Shown here one piece after another: positions 61,337 to 64,000 of a stretch of 64,000 nucleotides of DNA. The position numbers and the translations under genes were made by a program. A model generated the notes under the pieces. It did no database searches and was not told the origin of the DNA. It saw nothing but the letters and a program-made list of their open reading frames with translations. This stretch comes from Ascidiella aspersa (Eukaryota), in NCBI GenBank assembly GCA_963924565.1, contig OZ004614.1, positions 17,422,001-17,486,000 on the forward strand, read 5' to 3'. Position 1 is the first letter of the stretch. The number at the start of each line of letters is the position of its first letter.

Positions 61337-63324
61337 CTATGTCGAAGGCATGCAAAGACTTGGGTGGACTGAGGAATTTGCATTAAACATAAGTTTAATC
61401 ATTGAAACAACACAGGATGGCAAAGGGACATGCATGTCTTCAGTCAAATATCCCCAACACCAACGCACAAATTGACAGTATGCAATATACCGGTAGCGTC
61501 TGAAAGCAAAAATATTAAAATAGCCAATAAAACTCAGAAAAATTTAGCTACAAATGTTATATCGTAGACATGTAGAACTACTTACTCATAATCTTTTGTC
61601 ACAGATAACTCTCCCATTTCCTGGCGATGCTGATAGTAAGCAACCTGTAGAACCCAGTGGTTAAGACACACAGCTCTAAAACCTGGATGATCAGTGATGC
61701 ATTTTAATGGCGGGTTGATTTCTTTAATTCTGTGCTGAATCGCTTTGACATCTGAACAGCAAACGCACTTCTGTGGATCTTGCATTGCTTGGCACTTCGT
61801 GCAGCTGCACCTAAATTTTATATTCAAAGCATTTTGTTAGAACTGACAAAAACAAGGTCAGGGAAAATCTTTTATAGTTGTATTAACTAATCCAGAGGTA
61901 GGCACGTCTATGGTCTGTGAGACCTGTTTAAAAACTGGACACAACAGCATACACCATGCTTTTGTCTATTTTAACTATGTCTTGTGTGAATTTCTCAGCC
62001 CAAAAATGTCTATTTGAGTATAGGTAGACTTTAATTTTTTTACATAATCCTTCATCTGTCCCTGATTTAGAAAAATAAACCTACACATATTGACAATTAA
62101 TTGTTAGTGGAAATTTACTAGAAGGTAACCACTTTTTTAGCTATGAAAGAGAGTCAAATTTGAAATTACATAGTTAAATATGGAAGAATAAATACTTGAC
62201 CCACCCAAATGTTACTAACTAAACACCTTAACCCAAAGAATGTTAGCAATAAAAAACCCTGGACAATAATGTGGCAGGATTCTAAACCACCACTGAAATT
62301 TGTTATGGCCCACCAAGACCTTAGGCTAAGGAAAGGTTGCCAACCCTGATCTATTGCATGCCTAAAATAGGTGAGATAATAAAGCGTCCTTAAAATATAA
62401 AGATCGCTACAAGTTAAAAAAACAAATTATCAAAATGGTAACCATGTAAGGTTTTCTGAGTGATGTTCCAAGGCTGGAACAACAGGTGATTTTGGAGAGA
62501 TTGGATTCTTGCGAGGTCTTCCTCGGCCTCTCTTGGGGGTAGTAACTGGTGATACATGTTTCTTTTCTTTTTTAACTGGTACAGTTTCAGTTATTTTGTT
62601 TTCAGAAGTCACTGTTTCAATGCCCTCCTCATTTTCTCTCCTGAGAGTGTCCTCCAGCCATGGTTGCATAGCAGCTAAATGTCTGCTGCTGTTGTTATGT
62701 CTCTGCAGACGGTCATGGGCTTTGCCCCACTTTGAAAAACCAGTTGATGCATAAATTGTCAGTTTTTTAGGATCTTCAGTTCCGAAGTGGCGACAGGCAA
62801 AGCAAAAGGCTTTGTCCAATGAAATTGAATATTCAAGCCAAGGAAAGCGGTCATACCAATTGGCGCAAAAAGACCGTGCTGTACGACAGGTGCCAAACAC
62901 AGTTTTGGGGTAAACAGTCATTCGAGGTTGAACTGGGCCATCATCAATTGTTCTTGAAATGTCATCTGGGCATTTTCCGTCACTTTCTTCAATCTACAAA
63001 ATAATAGATATTAGTGTTTACTATTGCAGAATATTTTCAATCTGAATTATAAATTCATCTCAATTAAACGATACCCTTTCACATTGAGATTACCACTGAG
63101 ACTTTTTGGCTATTGTATTCAGATGGTTTACAATCTTTGTCAAAAAATGTAACAAATAAAAACCACAATTACTTGTAAATAAATCTCACATGTGATTCAT
63201 CTTGGCTTTCATTTTGCTCTAAAATGTTGTTTATATCTGAAGTATTTGCATCGTTCTCAGTTAAAATCTCCAACTGTTCTGTTCCGTTTTGAGTTTCATC
63301 AATTTCAGAACAATCCACCTCCAT
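61337..63324 (-). CDS. Chimeric protein: acidic N-terminus, ZnF_TTF zinc finger, AT-hook, P2X7-ballast/Nanor-like Cys-rich domain
   Basis: Minus-strand exons 63324-63190, 62993-62443, 61810-61586 and 61499-61337 splice in frame (about 357 aa). ZnF_TTF: RSFCANWYDRFPWLEYSISLDKAFCFACRHF..GFSKW....H..S..H. AT-hook: KRGRGRPRK. Ballast-like: WCSCTKCQAM....CVCC, CITDHPGFRAVCLN, RYIAYCQFVRWCWGYL......LPSCVV..I. Confidence 0.82.
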
Positions 63325-64000
63325 ATTACAAAATATAACACAGCACGGTAATATAAATAATCTAGATGCAAGCAAAACAAATATATATTTTCCCTTCATA
63401 TACCAACACATCTCGTGCTAAGCCATATTATTAGTAAAATTGTAATCAAATCGATGCAACTCTGCACTCTTCCACCAAATGTGAATTCGGCGATTTTTTT
63501 TTAATTTGGAAAACTTTAGATTAACGTTTACCATAATTGTGTTTATTTTTATTTTGCTTTTGCATAAATCAACGAAATAAACTGTTTATAAAACAAAAAA
63601 ATGCTGGAATGCATTTTTAAACAACATCTAACAAAAAATTAACTTATTTATAGAAGAATAATCTCTGTAATAAAATAATAATTTTGCGATTTAAAGTTTT
63701 AAACAAAGAAAAAAAAAAAAAAAAACTGTAACTGTAACTGTATAATTATATTGGCCGAAAATTTATTTTCGGGACACATCTTGTTTTTGCTCGAATTCTT
63801 TTATGTTTTTTTTGGTTTATTTCAGACCGTTTTACTTTTTTGTCCAGAGGTTCACAGGAAAACTATAATTTGGAGAGACTTCAAATGTCCATTCAAGATG
63901 GATGCGTATATGTAGATGATCCTTTAAGGCTTTAGAAGTCTATTTACCTAGGGGCCTTCAGCTGGGGGTAGAAATTGGAAACAAAATATGACGTCATCGT

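Noticed and set aside
63094-63134. Extra small exon in the chimeric gene
   Set aside because: Acceptor and donor exist, but inclusion would break the phase-0 junction between the flanking exons.

Overview
AT-rich, intron-containing animal genomic DNA. The compact genes, short GT-AG introns, MITE-rich introns and chordate-like proteins suggest an invertebrate chordate such as an ascidian (inference only). Five spliced genes were reconstructed by hand: the 3' part of TTLL12 (+, 658-11614); an RNF8-like FHA/coiled-coil/RING E3 ligase (-, 18391-14035); a six-MBD copper P1B-ATPase ATP7 (+, 22265-45863), head-to-head with RNF8; MCM3 (+, 51357-60767); and an unusual chimeric gene (-, 63324-61337) joining a hAT-type ZnF_TTF finger, an AT-hook and a P2X7-ballast-like Cys-rich domain with no channel. 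A 134-aa single-pass membrane ORF with a KxTQT motif is nested antisense in the last TTLL12 intron. Main hunting results: (1) the chimeric ZnF_TTF/AT-hook/ballast gene; (2) several footprints of metal-binding-domain remodelling in ATP7 (repeated intron phases, an A-B-A-[exons]-B aborted duplication, a duplicated in-frame splice donor, candidate alternative C-termini); (3) the nested orphan gene; (4) a TTAGGG-containing foldback family concentrated at gene 5' ends; (5) degenerate Penelope-type hammerhead motifs; (6) a sharp 5'-to-3' CpG gradient inside genes. Exon boundaries are manual and not transcript-verified.
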